Below are positions 1 through 10,706 of a stretch of 64,000 nt of DNA, in pieces. The translations under genes and the position numbers were made by a program. The notes below the pieces were generated by a model that saw only the letters and a program-made list of their open reading frames with translations, did no database searches and was not told the DNA's origin. How positions within the stretch are numbered: the first letter of the stretch is position 1; each line of letters opens with the position of its first letter. Source of the DNA: an uncultured Candidatus Peribacteria bacterium (lineage in GTDB: Bacteria > Patescibacteriota > Gracilibacteria > BD1-5 > UBA2023); contig CAYZVC010000004.1 in NCBI GenBank assembly GCA_964482035.1, forward strand, positions 19,572-83,571, given 5' to 3'.

Positions 1-115
1 TTTCCACCGGAGTTCGGGAATCGGGGAAATATTTGAGGAACGCGAACGAAACCACCGCGGAGGCGGCAATGGAAAACACGACGGTGGACGCGACGATCGC
101 CTTTACGGGAGACAT
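1..115 (-). CDS. 5' end of a membrane/secreted protein (only the N-terminal signal-anchor is in the window)
   Basis: Complement ATG at 113-115 followed by MSPVKAIVASTVVFSIAASAVVSFAFLKYFPDSRTPVE, a hydrophobic N-terminal helix; open to the window edge. Confidence 0.4.
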   Translation of the reverse strand, partial: MSPVKAIVASTVVFSIAASAVVSFAFLKYFPDSRTPVE

Positions 116-248
116 GCGGAATCGGGTTAAGTACGATGCCGGATTATACGGCTTCGAAAACGCGGAGCAAGGGCAACCTTGAAAATGCCCGTTTCTTGCC
201 TCGCGTACGCGCATGTGGTACCATGTGCGAAACGTATCACACCGATCC

Positions 249-3200
249 ATGGCGGAAATACCGACGTACGAACCTTCCGAAAAACGCGACTCGCGTTCGG
301 CGGCCGACAAACCGGCGGCGGCCGAGTCTTTGCCGAAGGGCGAGGCGAGAGAAAAAACGCGCCAAGTCCCCGAAAGTCTCCGCGAAGCGTTCAAATCCGC
401 GGCGGACGTGGCGATTTCCCGCGTCATGGCGAAAGTGGCCTCGAAAGAAGGCATGCCGACGGACGCGAAAACCTACCGGGCCGAAGTCGTCGCCGTGCTC
501 CGCGAAACGGACGCGAAGCTTCCGGAAGGACACGCCCTCAAAGGAACCACCGACCTCATCGTCGAAAATTTCCTCACCCCGGAAGAAAAAGGCGCCGAAC
601 TCATCCGCACGCTGCTCGAAAAAGGGTATTCCGTCGCGAAAGAAGGGAAAAAACTCAACGCCGGACCGAAAGAATTCGACGCCGGAATGGGCGCCATCCG
701 TTCGACTTTGGGATTTTCGATAGACCTCGCGAAAAAGAAGCCGGAGAAAATCGGCGAATTCATGAACGAAATCAAGAAGGTCCCCGAAGCGGCGAACCTT
801 CTTTCCCGTTTCCCGGACATGGAGACGGTGCTCGTGAAAATCCTCCCGGAAATCGCGAAAAACGTCGACAAGCAGACGTTCCTTGCGGCTTTCGATTCGT
901 TCGCTTCCGAAATCAAGGCCCCCGCGCTTTCGCTTCTGAGCGGAAAGGAGCTGGGCGACAAGGAACGCGGCGAAGTGGCGATGAAAATCGTCCACGAATC
1001 GGCGCGTCTCGTAGGATCGGCGCTCACGAAAGAAACCGTGAAGAGCGGAATCGAAGGCATCTCGACGCTTTCCGCCGTGAAGAACAATCCCGTCGCTTCG
1101 AAACTCGTCGAGCTCGTGAAGCGCCCGGAACTCTCCGACGACGACCGTTTCGCGCTCGTGAAAAAAGCGAACGAAGGCATCGCGGTCTTTACGAAAAATC
1201 CCCCGAACGAAGCCGAGCTGGAAAAATACGCGAATTCGGCGGCGGAACTGGTATCTTCCCTTTCGAACAAGCTCCCCAAAGCGCTCGTGACGGACGTCAT
1301 GGCCTCGATGTTCCGTCCGGAAGACGGCGGCAACGGGAAATGAGTGGAAATCAAAAGCAAAACCGAACTCGTGAAGCTTCTTTTCGACAATAAGTCGAAG
1401 CTTTTCGAAGCGCTCAAAAGGTACGCCCTGGGAGAACTCTCGACCATGAAGGACGTCGTGCGTTTCGTCGTCGAAGAAAGGGTTCTCGAGCAGAACATCG
1501 GCATGGCTAAGGGCGAACTCGTCGAACGCCTGAAAAAGGTCATCGAAATCGATCTCGCCTCGTTCTCGGAAAAACTCAAAGCGAAACTGGCTTCCGAAAT
1601 GGCGAAACCCGAATCGAAGGCCGTGTCGGAGGTTCCGCAGAACGCGGCGTTGGGAGACGCCCTTTCGAACAAGGTGCTCGCCGAAATGGCCGCTACGTTC
1701 TTCTGACCCGACCGCCCCGCGAGGATTACGAAAGAACTTTTGGCCGACCGGGCTTCCAAGGCGGCGGCCGCGGCCATCGATTCGATGCCGGGCAATACGG
1801 TGAAAATCTGAGGCGCGGAAGTTCCGAAACACGCCCTGAAAACCGCAGTAACGGGTATCGAATTCCGCCTCTTCGCGGCCGACGCTTTCGGCAAGCTCGC
1901 CGGAGAAGCCGGAAAAAGCGGCACTTCGATGGAGAAGCTCGCTTCGATCGTCGCGGAAATCATGAAGGATCCGCTCGGGAACAAATACGTGGGCGAACGC
2001 ACCCGCCAATTCGCTATCGACGCGTTTTATGCGATGCCGGCCACCGACATCGCGGAAACCGTATCGAACAACCTCGAGACTTCCGGGCTCGCGAAATACC
2101 TGAAAAAAACCGACGGGACCGTCGCGGTCGACAGACGCGACGTGACGGAAATGGTCAACATCCTCCGCGACGGGGAAATCCTTCCGAAAGAGACGCTCAC
2201 GAAAATCCTTTCCAAAGAAAATCTCACGCCGCCGGTGAACGTATTGAAAATCGTGGGCGACCTCTTGAAATCGCTTTCCAAGGAACAGCTCACGCTCCTT
2301 TTGGACAAGGCTTCCGCAAAGCGTCCCGACGGTTCGCCGAGCCTTCTGGAAAAAGGCCTGTCGATCGAACGCAAAGGCGATGGAAAACCCATGTCGAAAG
2401 AAGACGCGGTAAAAATCGCGGAGCTCGTCATGGAAACGGTCGGAAAAACCGATGCCGATTCGAGAAAACCGCTTTTCGAAGCGATCGGAGCGAACCCGAA
2501 ATCCGCGGAATACGGACTGTCGTTCTTCAAAGCGTTCGGAAAAGAACGCGTACTGAAACTCGTCTCCGAACATTCGGACGTTTTCGGTGAAATTTTTTCC
2601 TGAAAAATCGATCCGAAACGGGATGCGGCGAAACTCCTCCCCGTCGCGGTCGACGTCGCGTACGCTTCGGACTTCGCGTCGGATTCGAAAATGATCGCCG
2701 AAACGAAGGCCGCGTTCCCGGAGATGAAAGGACTCCTCGAAATGGAAGTTTTCTGAGGAACCGCCGTCGACCATCTCGATCGGATCCGCCATGCGGTCCC
2801 CAAAGAAAAAGCGCTCGCGTTCGTAAACGCCCATTCGGCGGAACTCGCTTCCCTCGCGGCGAATTTCGACAAAGCCAAGGCCGCGAAGCTCTGAGCCGAA
2901 TTCCTCCTCTCGGTAGACAAGGACAAGCTCGCGGTACTCGCCGATCCTTCGAAACTTACCGGTGCGGAAAAACTCGCCGCCGAGAAACTTCCGCAGGTGC
3001 GCGACGTTCTCGAATCGTTCAAAAAGGAAAGCGTCACCACTCCCGACGGAAAAACCGTTTCGCGCCTCGACGCGCTCATCGAAGCCGGAACCGCAGCGAC
3101 CGAAGGCAAAATCGACAAGAAGCGCGCGGATTTTCTCGCCGGAGAAGCATTCGAACTCGTTTCGCGCCTCTTGCCCGCTTTGGGCGACTGGAAGATGCCG

Positions 3201-3404
3201 GAAGGCGGAGGCGAAACGCCGGAAGCCGCCAAGAAATTCAAAAAGGAATTCGTTTCCAACAATCTGGGCTTCGTCATCGGACAAGCGCTCCCCTACCTTT
3301 TCGGACGCCCAACGGAAAAAATAGTGGGCGCCTATTTCGCGGACGCCGGAAATAAGGAAGCGTTCATAAAGACGCTTTCGGCGACGCTGGTAGGAAAATC
3401 TTAA
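249..3404 (+). CDS. large (about 1050 aa) Ala/Lys/Glu-rich helical hypothetical protein, no domain recognised
   Basis: ORF-track pieces 213-1343, 1344-1706, 1929-2603 and 2997-3404 share one frame and are joined by in-frame TGA (1341, 1704, 1809, 2601 and two more); ends TAA 3402-3404; start is ATG 249 or 213. Confidence 0.7.
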
Positions 3405-3423
3405 AGCGTTACCGACTTCGGAA

Positions 3424-5082
3424 ATGGTTCGAATCACGAAAAAGGCGAAGGATCTGGGAACCTTCGCAGCAAAGAAGATCACGAAACTCGAATCTTCGGA
3501 AATCAGCGTTTTCTGATGGGTCGCGGCGTTCGCAGCGGTAGTTTGCGTACGAAACTTTTTGGAAACCTGGTCGACGGGAAACTACGGCATGATGGCCTCG
3601 ACCGAACACGTCGTGACGAATTTCGTCTTTTACCACACCTTCCTCTCCTATCTTTTTCCGTTTCTCGGACTCGCGGCGATCGTTCGGATATTCACGGGAG
3701 AAAAGGCTTCGAAAATTCTCAATTTCGTCCTTGTTCTCTCCGCGATGATCTTCGTCGCGCCCACGGTCGACCTCGTCGTTCGGGCCTTATCGGACCATTC
3801 GACCCCCATCGTCTACGACCCCGTCACGGGCATCACGTCCATTAAGGATCTTTTGACGTACTGGCTCGATTTCGCGTTTTTCTGACCGTACGGAATCTTC
3901 TTCGGCGGGGACGTGAACGCCATGCGTTCGGGGCAGAACCTCGGAATCAGGGTGGAAGTGAACCTCATCCTCGCTATCGCGAGTTCGTACGTATTTTGGA
4001 AAACCCGCGACGCGGTAAGAACGATTGCCGCGTTCTTCGTCATGAACGCCGGATTCATGGTCTACGTTTCGTTCCCGATGTTCCTCTGAGTATTGGCATG
4101 AGCGTTTCCCACGTCCGAGAACGCGAGGATGTTTCCGGAAGCCATAGGCACCGGGCTGTGACCGAGCGATTTGGCGTACCTGCTTTCGGTGACCGCGCTT
4201 TCCGCGTATTTGCTCCGTTCGGTAAATTCGAAGAAATTCGACGCGCTTCTTTCGAACCTCAGGGCCGGCAGGGTCGCCAACGTTCTCATTCTCTACGTCT
4301 TCTGACTATTCCTCGGCTTTCAGACGGAAGGCTCGACATTCGGATGGACCGATATTTTCGACCCCATGGCCGTTGCCGTCGTCGCGCTCGCACTCGTGCT
4401 CGAATGGGCGTGCGCCGTCGGGCATAATGATTTGGAAGATGAGGAAGGCGACAAGCTCTCGATGTCGCACCGGCCGCTGCCCTCGGGCATGGTGGGCCGC
4501 GGGGAAATGGCCTCGTACGCGCTGCTCGCCGGCGCGGGAGCCCTGTATGCCGCCAATCTCGCCGGACATGCGGTTTTCGTCGCGGTGGCGTTTAAGATGG
4601 CGCTCCATTACCTCTATTCGGGCCGTCCGTTCCGACTGAAGGCGATTCCTTTGGTTTCCAATTTCGTATTGTCTCTCTCGTACCTTTTGACCGTACTTGC
4701 GGGATACCTTCTGGTATTCCCGAACGGGCTCGCGAATTTTCCGTCGTGAGCCGCCGCGCTCGTTCTCGTCACCTTCACGCTCGCAACGCCGTTCAAAGAC
4801 CTCAAGGACGTCGACGGGGACCGCAAGGTAGGGGTCCGGACGATTCCCACGCTTTTCTGACTCGAAAACGGCAAGCGAATAATAGCCGCCCTCTGATTCG
4901 CAGCGTTCGTTTGGATTCCTTTCGCCATGCCGGAATACGCTTCCCGGATTTGGATTCCTTCAATCGTTTCCGGCTTGGCGTTCGGCTGGGCGGTAACTCG
5001 AAAAAACTACGACGAACGCAAGGTTTTTTGGACCTACTACGCCTATGCCGCGACCTGCGCGCTCATCCTGATCCTGACCTAA
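3424..5082 (+). CDS. UbiA-family prenyltransferase with a long extra N-terminal membrane domain
   Basis: Single frame from ATG 3424 to TAA 5080-5082 through several in-frame TGAs; Asp-rich motifs NDLEDEEGD and KDLKDVDGDRKVGVRTIP; hydrophobic helices throughout. Confidence 0.8.
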
Positions 5083-5196
5083 TGAAACAGATCGATTGGA
5101 ACGCGGTCGCGTTCGGCATCCTCATTCTCGTGCTCATAAAAAACGCCGCGTTGAACGCGGCGAGTTCGAGTTTGTTAGACGTTTGGAAATAGAGTC

Positions 5197-6003
5197 CTAG
5201 TCGCGTATCCGGATCTTCTCTACCGACAAGCATTTCCCATCTTCGATTTCGACCAATACCGCATGCAGCGATCCGGGGCCGTCCGTAAGGGGTTCCGGTT
5301 TTTTAGAGAACATCGAAATGCCCGTGAGCATCGCCGGGAGCCGGCCTTCGAACTCTTGCCCGATGGCGCTGTGGAGCGGACCGGTCATGCCGACGTCGGC
5401 GATCATTCCGGTACCGGATTCGAGAACGTGTTCGTCATTGGTCTGCACGTGGGTATGGGTGCCGTACACGAACGTGGCGCGACCGGAAAGGTATTCGGCC
5501 ATGCAGTAGATTTCGGCGGTGGTTTCGCGGTGGAAATCCACGAGGATCGCGTCGAATTTTTCATTCGCGAACGAAGCGAGGATTTCGTCGGCCTTGAGGA
5601 ACGGGTTGTACACGTCGTCCTTCAAAAAGGTGGATGACATGAGATTGATGACGAGAACCTTTTTGCCGTTCTTTTCGATGACGCGGGTGCCCTTCCCCGG
5701 AATCGGGTATCACGGAACCTCGTAGTAGTTCGCCGGGCGGATCTGGATGGAATCGGGGTTGGCGAGTTCGTCGGCCAAATCCTTCACGTGGGAAAAAACG
5801 TGGTTTCCGCCAGTGAGGCAATCGAAACCGAGGTCCTTCATAAATGCGACGTGTTCGGGAACGGGCCCCTTGCCGCTGGTAATGTTCTCGCTGTTGGCAA
5901 TAACGAAATCCGGCGAAAAATCCTCACGGATTTTCGGAAGGTGCCGGGCGACGAGTTCGCGCCCCATGCGTCAGAAGACGTCTCAGAATATGAGGATTTT
6001 CAT
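5197..6003 (-). CDS. ymdB: YmdB-family metallophosphoesterase (2',3'-cyclic-nucleotide 2'-phosphodiesterase type)
   Basis: Pieces 5197-5640 and 5710-5967 are in frame; N-terminus MKILIF-G-DVF-G-RMGRE has both G encoded by TGA (5983-5985, 5971-5973); GNHVF motif; TAG stop. Confidence 0.85.
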
Positions 6004-6046
6004 GCGGCGATTGTACGGAAACCCGACGAAATGGGAAGAGGGAATT

Positions 6047-6505
6047 CTACGCCTCAATCCCGAGTTCCCTCGCGATCTTCGCCGCGTGTCCGGTGGCTTT
6101 GACGTTGCGCCATTCTTTCACGATTTCGCCCTTGGAATCCACGAGGAACGTCGAGCGGATGACGCCCACGTAGACCTTGCCGTAATTCTTCTTCTCGCCG
6201 ATGACGCCGAGCTCGTCGTGGAGGGTCTTGTCGTCGGAAATGAGGTCGATGCCGAGCGCGCACGAATCCAAGAACTTGGCATGGCTCTTTTCATCGTCGA
6301 GCGAAACGCCCACGATAGCGATTCCCGCATTCGCGAAAGTGGCCTTGGCACGCGTAAAATCCTGCGCTTCGAGCGTACAGCCCGGAGTGTTGTCTTTCGG
6401 GTAGAAGTACAAAAGCGTCCGCGGCGACGCGGCGAGGATTTCGCCAAGTTTCGCGTCGCGCGCCCCGTTTTGGGAAACGACGCGGTAGGTCTTGTTCAGG
6501 TCCAT
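6047..6505 (-). CDS. bcp: thiol peroxidase / peroxiredoxin Bcp
   Basis: Intact 152-aa ORF with YFYPKDNTPGCT active-site motif; TAG stop. Confidence 0.9.
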   Translation of the reverse strand: MDLNKTYRVVSQNGARDAKLGEILAASPRTLLYFYPKDNTPGCTLEAQDFTRAKATFANAGIAIVGVSLDDEKSHAKFLDSCALGIDLISDDKTLHDELGVIGEKKNYGKVYVGVIRSTFLVDSKGEIVKEWRNVKATGHAAKIARELGIEA

Positions 6506-6564
6506 AAGAAAAGGGCGTTATTGGTAACGCCCCATCCTATCCTATCGGTTGGATAATCCAAACC

Positions 6565-7170
6565 TTATCCGCGCTTTTTCGTCTTATGGAAGACGAACCA
6601 AGCGAAGAACGCCACCGTTGCCACGGCCGCCACGATGCTGGCTTCGTGTGAATAGGTCCGTACGGTGGCGATGACGCCTTCGCCGAAGGCGTCACCGAGC
6701 CACACGAGGAACGCGCACCAAATGGTGGCGCCCACGAACGTCAGCGCGGCGAATATCGGGTACGGCATCCTGAATATTCCGGCCGGAATGGAGATGAGGT
6801 GGCGAACTACCGGAATGAAGCGCCCGAGAAAGGTATAGAGCTTGTCGTTCTTATCGAAAAGCGCTTCGGCTTCTTGGTATTTTTCCTTTTTGATGAGGAA
6901 ATACTTGCCGTATTTTTCAATGAACGGCTTGCCCACGTACTTGCCGAGCAGATAGTTGGCGGTGGCGCCGAGAAGGCTTCCTGCGCCTCAGGCGAGAACC
7001 GCGAGGTACGGATTGAGATTTCCCGCAGCGGCCAAGTACCCGGCCGGGATCATGACGAGTTCCGAAGGAACGGGAAACAGGCTCGACTCGAGCGCCATGA
7101 GAAAGAAAATCCCTGCGTACGAAAGTCCGCCGAAGGCGTTGATGACGGATTCTACGAGTTGTGCGAACAT
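6565..7170 (-). CDS. DedA-family membrane protein
   Basis: Pieces 6565-6936 and 6988-7170 are in frame and joined by TGA 6988-6990; motifs [11 protein letters not shown] and [16 protein letters not shown]. Confidence 0.85.
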
Positions 7171-7195
7171 ACGATTCGGAAGTGAAGGGATTTGA

Positions 7196-7810
7196 CTACA
7201 GCTTTACGAACGCGGCGATCGACATGGGAACCGTGAACAGTTTGGAATCGCGGCATTCTTTTCGCGAAAGGTACCGAAGCGCGACGGAAGCGAAGATCGA
7301 GCCGACCGCGAAGCCCACGGCGACGTCGCCCGGATAGTGGATTCAAGCCAGGACCCTTGCGCAGAGCATGGGAATGCCGAACGCCAGAAGCGTGAACGCC
7401 AGGGCCTTGTTTTTGAAAATCCGATACGCCGCGACGAACGAAGCGCCAGCGAAGATGCCGTGTCCGGAAGGAAACGAATTGTCGGGCAAATGGTTGATGA
7501 GCGGCGCGATGGACGAGGCGGTTTCGGGACGCGGACGTGCGGGAAGTCAGAAATTCAACACCCAATAGAGCAGGAATGCGAAAATGACGGCGTAAAAGAA
7601 CGCGAGGGCGTCCTTTTTCAGTTCGGCGTCGTCGTTGCGAAGGAAACGCGCTTTCAGCCACAATCCCACGAGCACGAAGGCGACGAGCACGACTTCGATG
7701 TCGGCGAAAGCGTGCACGAGGCCGGTCTGCCAAGCGGACGAAGGATCGACGAGCGAGCGGAAGGACGCCAATGCGGCGGAGTCGAAGGACTGGAGGGTAT
7801 CGAGAATCAT
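7196..7810 (-). CDS. PAP2-family phosphatase (undecaprenyl-diphosphatase / lipid phosphatase type)
   Basis: Frame continues through two TGAs; PAP2 motifs SFPSGH and HYPGDV; TAG stop 7196-7198; start is ATG 7810, with an alternative TTG at 7858. Confidence 0.8.
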
Positions 7811-7944
7811 GACGGAAAAGTTACCCGTCGAGAATAAGGAGAATCCCCAAAACGCCAAGGCGAGTCGCCTATTTTGAAATAGGGATTGCCGAAACGTTCG
7901 CGGAAGGCTAAAATCCCAGTGAAAAACCGCTAAATCCCAAAAAA

Positions 7945-8350
7945 ATGAAACGTCCGAAAAGCATCCGCCGACTCTCGGGATTCACGCTCGCCGAACTCAT
8001 CGTCGTGATAACGATCCTTGCCATACTCGCCACCATCGGATTCCTCGCCCTTTCCGGGTACTCGGAAGACGCGAAGGAAGCTTCGGTAAAGACCAACGTC
8101 CGATCCGTATATACCGCGATCAATTCGGAAAGCGCGATTACGGGGAATTCCCCTCGGTACTACGTCGTGCACGATACCGGAGCGGCGCTCTCGGGAGCCT
8201 TCATCACCATAGACGGAAATCCGGTGGCGCTTACCGGAGGCGACTGGAACGTTTCGGGAACGAATTATTCCGCCGGAAAACCCGACTTCGTAAAATTGAA
8301 AATGAATCCCGCCAAATTCCGAATATCCGGAGCGGGGACGGAAGGGTTTC
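7945..8350 (+). repeat. pilin N-terminal module, paralogous copy 1 (copy 2 at 28869-29285)
   Basis: By-eye DNA and protein alignment with 28869-29285: GFTLAELIVV.TILAILATIGFLALSGY, KTNVRSVYTAI, SPRYYVVHD, LTGGDWN..GTNYSAG.PD.VKLK.NP.KFRI are shared. Confidence 0.7.
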
Positions 8351-9255
8351 CATTCCTCTCCGTCGCGCATGCCGCGAATTACCAGGAAATGATCGCCGGA
8401 GCGGCCGACGTAATCCGCGGCGGAACTTCAGGAAGGCCCCGTCCATTGGGATTCCTTCAGGTGGCGGGCGTTTCTCCGATAACGAAAATCGCGAGCGTCG
8501 CCGGAAACCTTCCGTCCGATCAGGCGGGAAATCCCATGGGGCTCATCAAAGATCCCAGCGATTCCGCGACGGCGACCGGATTCGTCGTCGACGGGAAAAC
8601 CATCGGCAACGTTACGAAAACCGTTTTTTCGAAAAGCTGTCTGGAAATCAAGAACGCCGGAGCGTGAAGCGCCGACGGAACGTACTCCATCGATCCCGAC
8701 GGCGAAGGATGAAACGCACCCATCCAAGCATATTGCGACATGACTACCGACGGCGGAGGATGGACGCTCACTTTCTACGCACCCTCGATGCCTTCGGACG
8801 GAAGCGCGGACCTTACGGCGAACCAAGTCGTCATCAAGGGATTGCCATTAAAGACCTATACGTCCGATTCGGCAACGTACCCCGTGCTTACCAACGGTAC
8901 GGTAAATTCCTATTCAGAAGTGCTCTTCAAATGAGGCAATTCAAGCTGGGTGGGCCAAAAAGGCGCATGGAGCCGATTCGCGACCTTTCCTTCGGGAACC
9001 ACTGCCATGAGCGTAACGTTCGACGGGGTGCTCAATGCCGACGGAAGTACGGCCCTTTACCATCATTCGAGGGGATGGACGACCGGAACCGTCAACCCCG
9101 CGACCGCGACGTTTTGAATCTGGGACGATGCCGGACAGAGCAACATCTGCTGAGGAAACGGTGTGCCGGGATGAAAGAACTGCCCGTATTTCGTACACAC
9201 CACGTACTCGTACCACTACGAAGTCGCTTCCCAAAGATGGCTCTTCGTTCGATAG
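7945..9255 (+). CDS. type IV pilin-like protein with a C-terminal fibrinogen-related (FReD-like) domain
   Basis: Prepilin signal RRLSG/FTLAELIVVITILAILA with Glu at +5; frame runs through 6 TGAs to TAG 9253-9255; SCLEIKNAGAGSADGTYSIDPDG...QAYCDMTTDGGGWTL matches the fibrinogen C-domain signature. Confidence 0.8.
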
Positions 9256-9265
9256 AACATACTTT

Positions 9266-9293
9266 TTGACAAAATCGTTTCGGTACGTATTTT
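9266..9293 (+). promoter_or_regulatory. sigma-70-like promoter (TTGACA - 16 nt - TATTTT)
   Basis: TTGACA at 9266-9271 and TATTTT at 9288-9293, upstream of an AAGGAG SD at 9317-9322. Confidence 0.35.
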
Positions 9294-9328
9294 ACACCAA
9301 TCAAAACCAATATAGAAAGGAGTCCGCG

Positions 9329-9709
9329 ATGCCGGCACCAAGATTTCCGCAAGAGCACCTCGCTTACGCAGACCTGGCGCTCCTCAGCTGTTGGGGCGTC
9401 AAAAGCCTGGAAAACTACACCCTCTCGGTCCAACTGCTCGAAATAGCCCGGACCTACGTCGAATGCCACTATCCGTGGATTGCCGAAGCGCTCGAAGCCG
9501 AAGACCAAAAAGTCTTCGCCAAAGCCTTCGACAGGCACGTGGAAACCCTCTCCAAGCACGGTTGGGGCGAATACGCGGCATCCGCCCTATACCACGCCCT
9601 CCGCGACTACGGTCCGATGCAAAAAGCCTTGCTGAAGCGTTTCCCCGACGCGAGCAAACATGACGCGAAATCCGTCGTGACGGCGTTCGTCAAGAACTGC
9701 CGCCCCTGA
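9329..9709 (+). CDS. hypothetical protein (126 aa) whose natural end is a TGA
   Basis: Strong SD AAGGAG 6 nt before ATG 9329; ORF closes at TGA 9707-9709, immediately followed by an intrinsic terminator; read as Gly it would run to TAG 9989-9991 across the terminator and antisense to yidD. Confidence 0.5.
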   Translation: MPAPRFPQEHLAYADLALLSCWGVKSLENYTLSVQLLEIARTYVECHYPWIAEALEAEDQKVFAKAFDRHVETLSKHGWGEYAASALYHALRDYGPMQKALLKRFPDASKHDAKSVVTAFVKNCRP

Positions 9710-9721
9710 CTGGCCAAAACG

Positions 9722-9748
9722 AAAGCCCCGCTTACCGCGGGGCTTTTC
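9722..9748 (+). terminator. intrinsic terminator
   Basis: Stem AGCCCCGC / GCGGGGCT with loop TTACC, then a T-run. Confidence 0.7.
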
Positions 9749-9771
9749 ATTGGGCCGGATTTCCGAAGGCC

Positions 9772-10071
9772 TTATTTGTCGGGTCCTTTCTCCACCGGAT
9801 CGTATCCGCCCTTCGTCCAAGGATTGCACCGGAGCACCCGCCACGAGGTCTTAAGAAGCCCGACGATAAAACCCCTCTTCTCGAAGGCTTCGACGCCGTA
9901 TTCGCTACAAGAAGGGATATGTTTGCAGTACGGCGGACGGCCCATCGCCTTCGCCCAGAACGAATGGTCGGGCGAAAGGATTTTCTGGTAGGCACGAATC
10001 AAAAAAACCGCCCCACGTGCGGGAAGTTTCACGATATCCGAGAATATGGAGCCGAATTTCGAACCGGTCAT
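9772..10071 (-). CDS. yidD: membrane protein insertion efficiency factor YidD
   Basis: YQKILSP....CKHIPSCSEYGVEAFEKRG....LLKTSWRVLRCNPW motif; TAA stop; start ATG 10071 is preferred over 10104, which overlaps the rplT terminator. Confidence 0.85.
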   Translation of the reverse strand: MTGSKFGSIFSDIVKLPARGAVFLIRAYQKILSPDHSFWAKAMGRPPYCKHIPSCSEYGVEAFEKRGFIVGLLKTSWRVLRCNPWTKGGYDPVEKGPDK

Positions 10072-10103
10072 AGAAAAACCCCCGCTTTCGCGGGGGTTGG
10101 TCA

Positions 10104-10448
10104 TTACTTTACGGAATCTACGACCTTCGCGAAAATCTGCGGGTGGCTGATTGCGAGGTTCGAGAGGTTCTTGCGGTCGATTTCCATCTTCGCCTTGTAA
10201 GCGAGGTTGATGAAAGCGCTGTAGGTGAGGCCGAGCGGGCGGAGAGCCGAATTCAAGCGGACGATCCAGAGAGCGCGGAAATCGCGCTTCTTGGTGCGGC
10301 GGTGGATGTAGGCGTTGGTTCCTGCCTTGGCGAGGGCGTTCTTTACACGGGAAAAGACGTTTCCGTTCATCAAGCGGTAGCCCTTCGCGCGTGCGATGAG
10401 CTTCTTGTGGCGCTTATGGGTGGCGAGACCACGTTTTACGCGAGTCAT
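10104..10448 (-). CDS. rplT: 50S ribosomal protein L20
   Basis: MTRVKRGLATHKRHKKLIARAKGYR..., intact ORF, TAA stop. Confidence 0.95.
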   Translation of the reverse strand: MTRVKRGLATHKRHKKLIARAKGYRLMNGNVFSRVKNALAKAGTNAYIHRRTKKRDFRALWIVRLNSALRPLGLTYSAFINLAYKAKMEIDRKNLSNLAISHPQIFAKVVDSVK

Positions 10449-10482
10449 AGTACTCTGATATTAGATAGGTAACTCGTTTGGT

Positions 10483-10680
10483 TTAACGACCGAACGGAAG
10501 GCAGCGCTTGAGAGCGGTTGCGTTTGCGGAGGATCCTTCGAAGCCGTACTTGTTGCGGCCCTTGGCCTTCTTCGACTTGTTGGCGAGGAGGTGGCGCTTG
10601 CAGGATTTCGGAAGCATGAACTTTCCGGAACCCGAGATCTTAACGCGCTTCTTGGCGCTGGAATGGGTCTTGCACTTCAT
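10483..10680 (-). CDS. rpmI: 50S ribosomal protein L35
   Basis: MKCKTHSSAKKRVKISGSGKF..., 65 aa, position between infC and rplT. Confidence 0.95.
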   Translation of the reverse strand: MKCKTHSSAKKRVKISGSGKFMLPKSCKRHLLANKSKKAKGRNKYGFEGSSANATALKRCLPFGR

Positions 10681-10706
10681 ATTCTCGATGATTGGGGATT
10701 GGTAAG

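Noticed and set aside
237-3482. 1081-aa ORF on the minus strand
   Set aside because: It is antisense to a coherent plus-strand frame. The product is monotonous and Phe/Arg/Glu/Gly-rich with no motifs. This is a typical shadow ORF of a gene whose sense strand avoids the complements of TAA/TAG.
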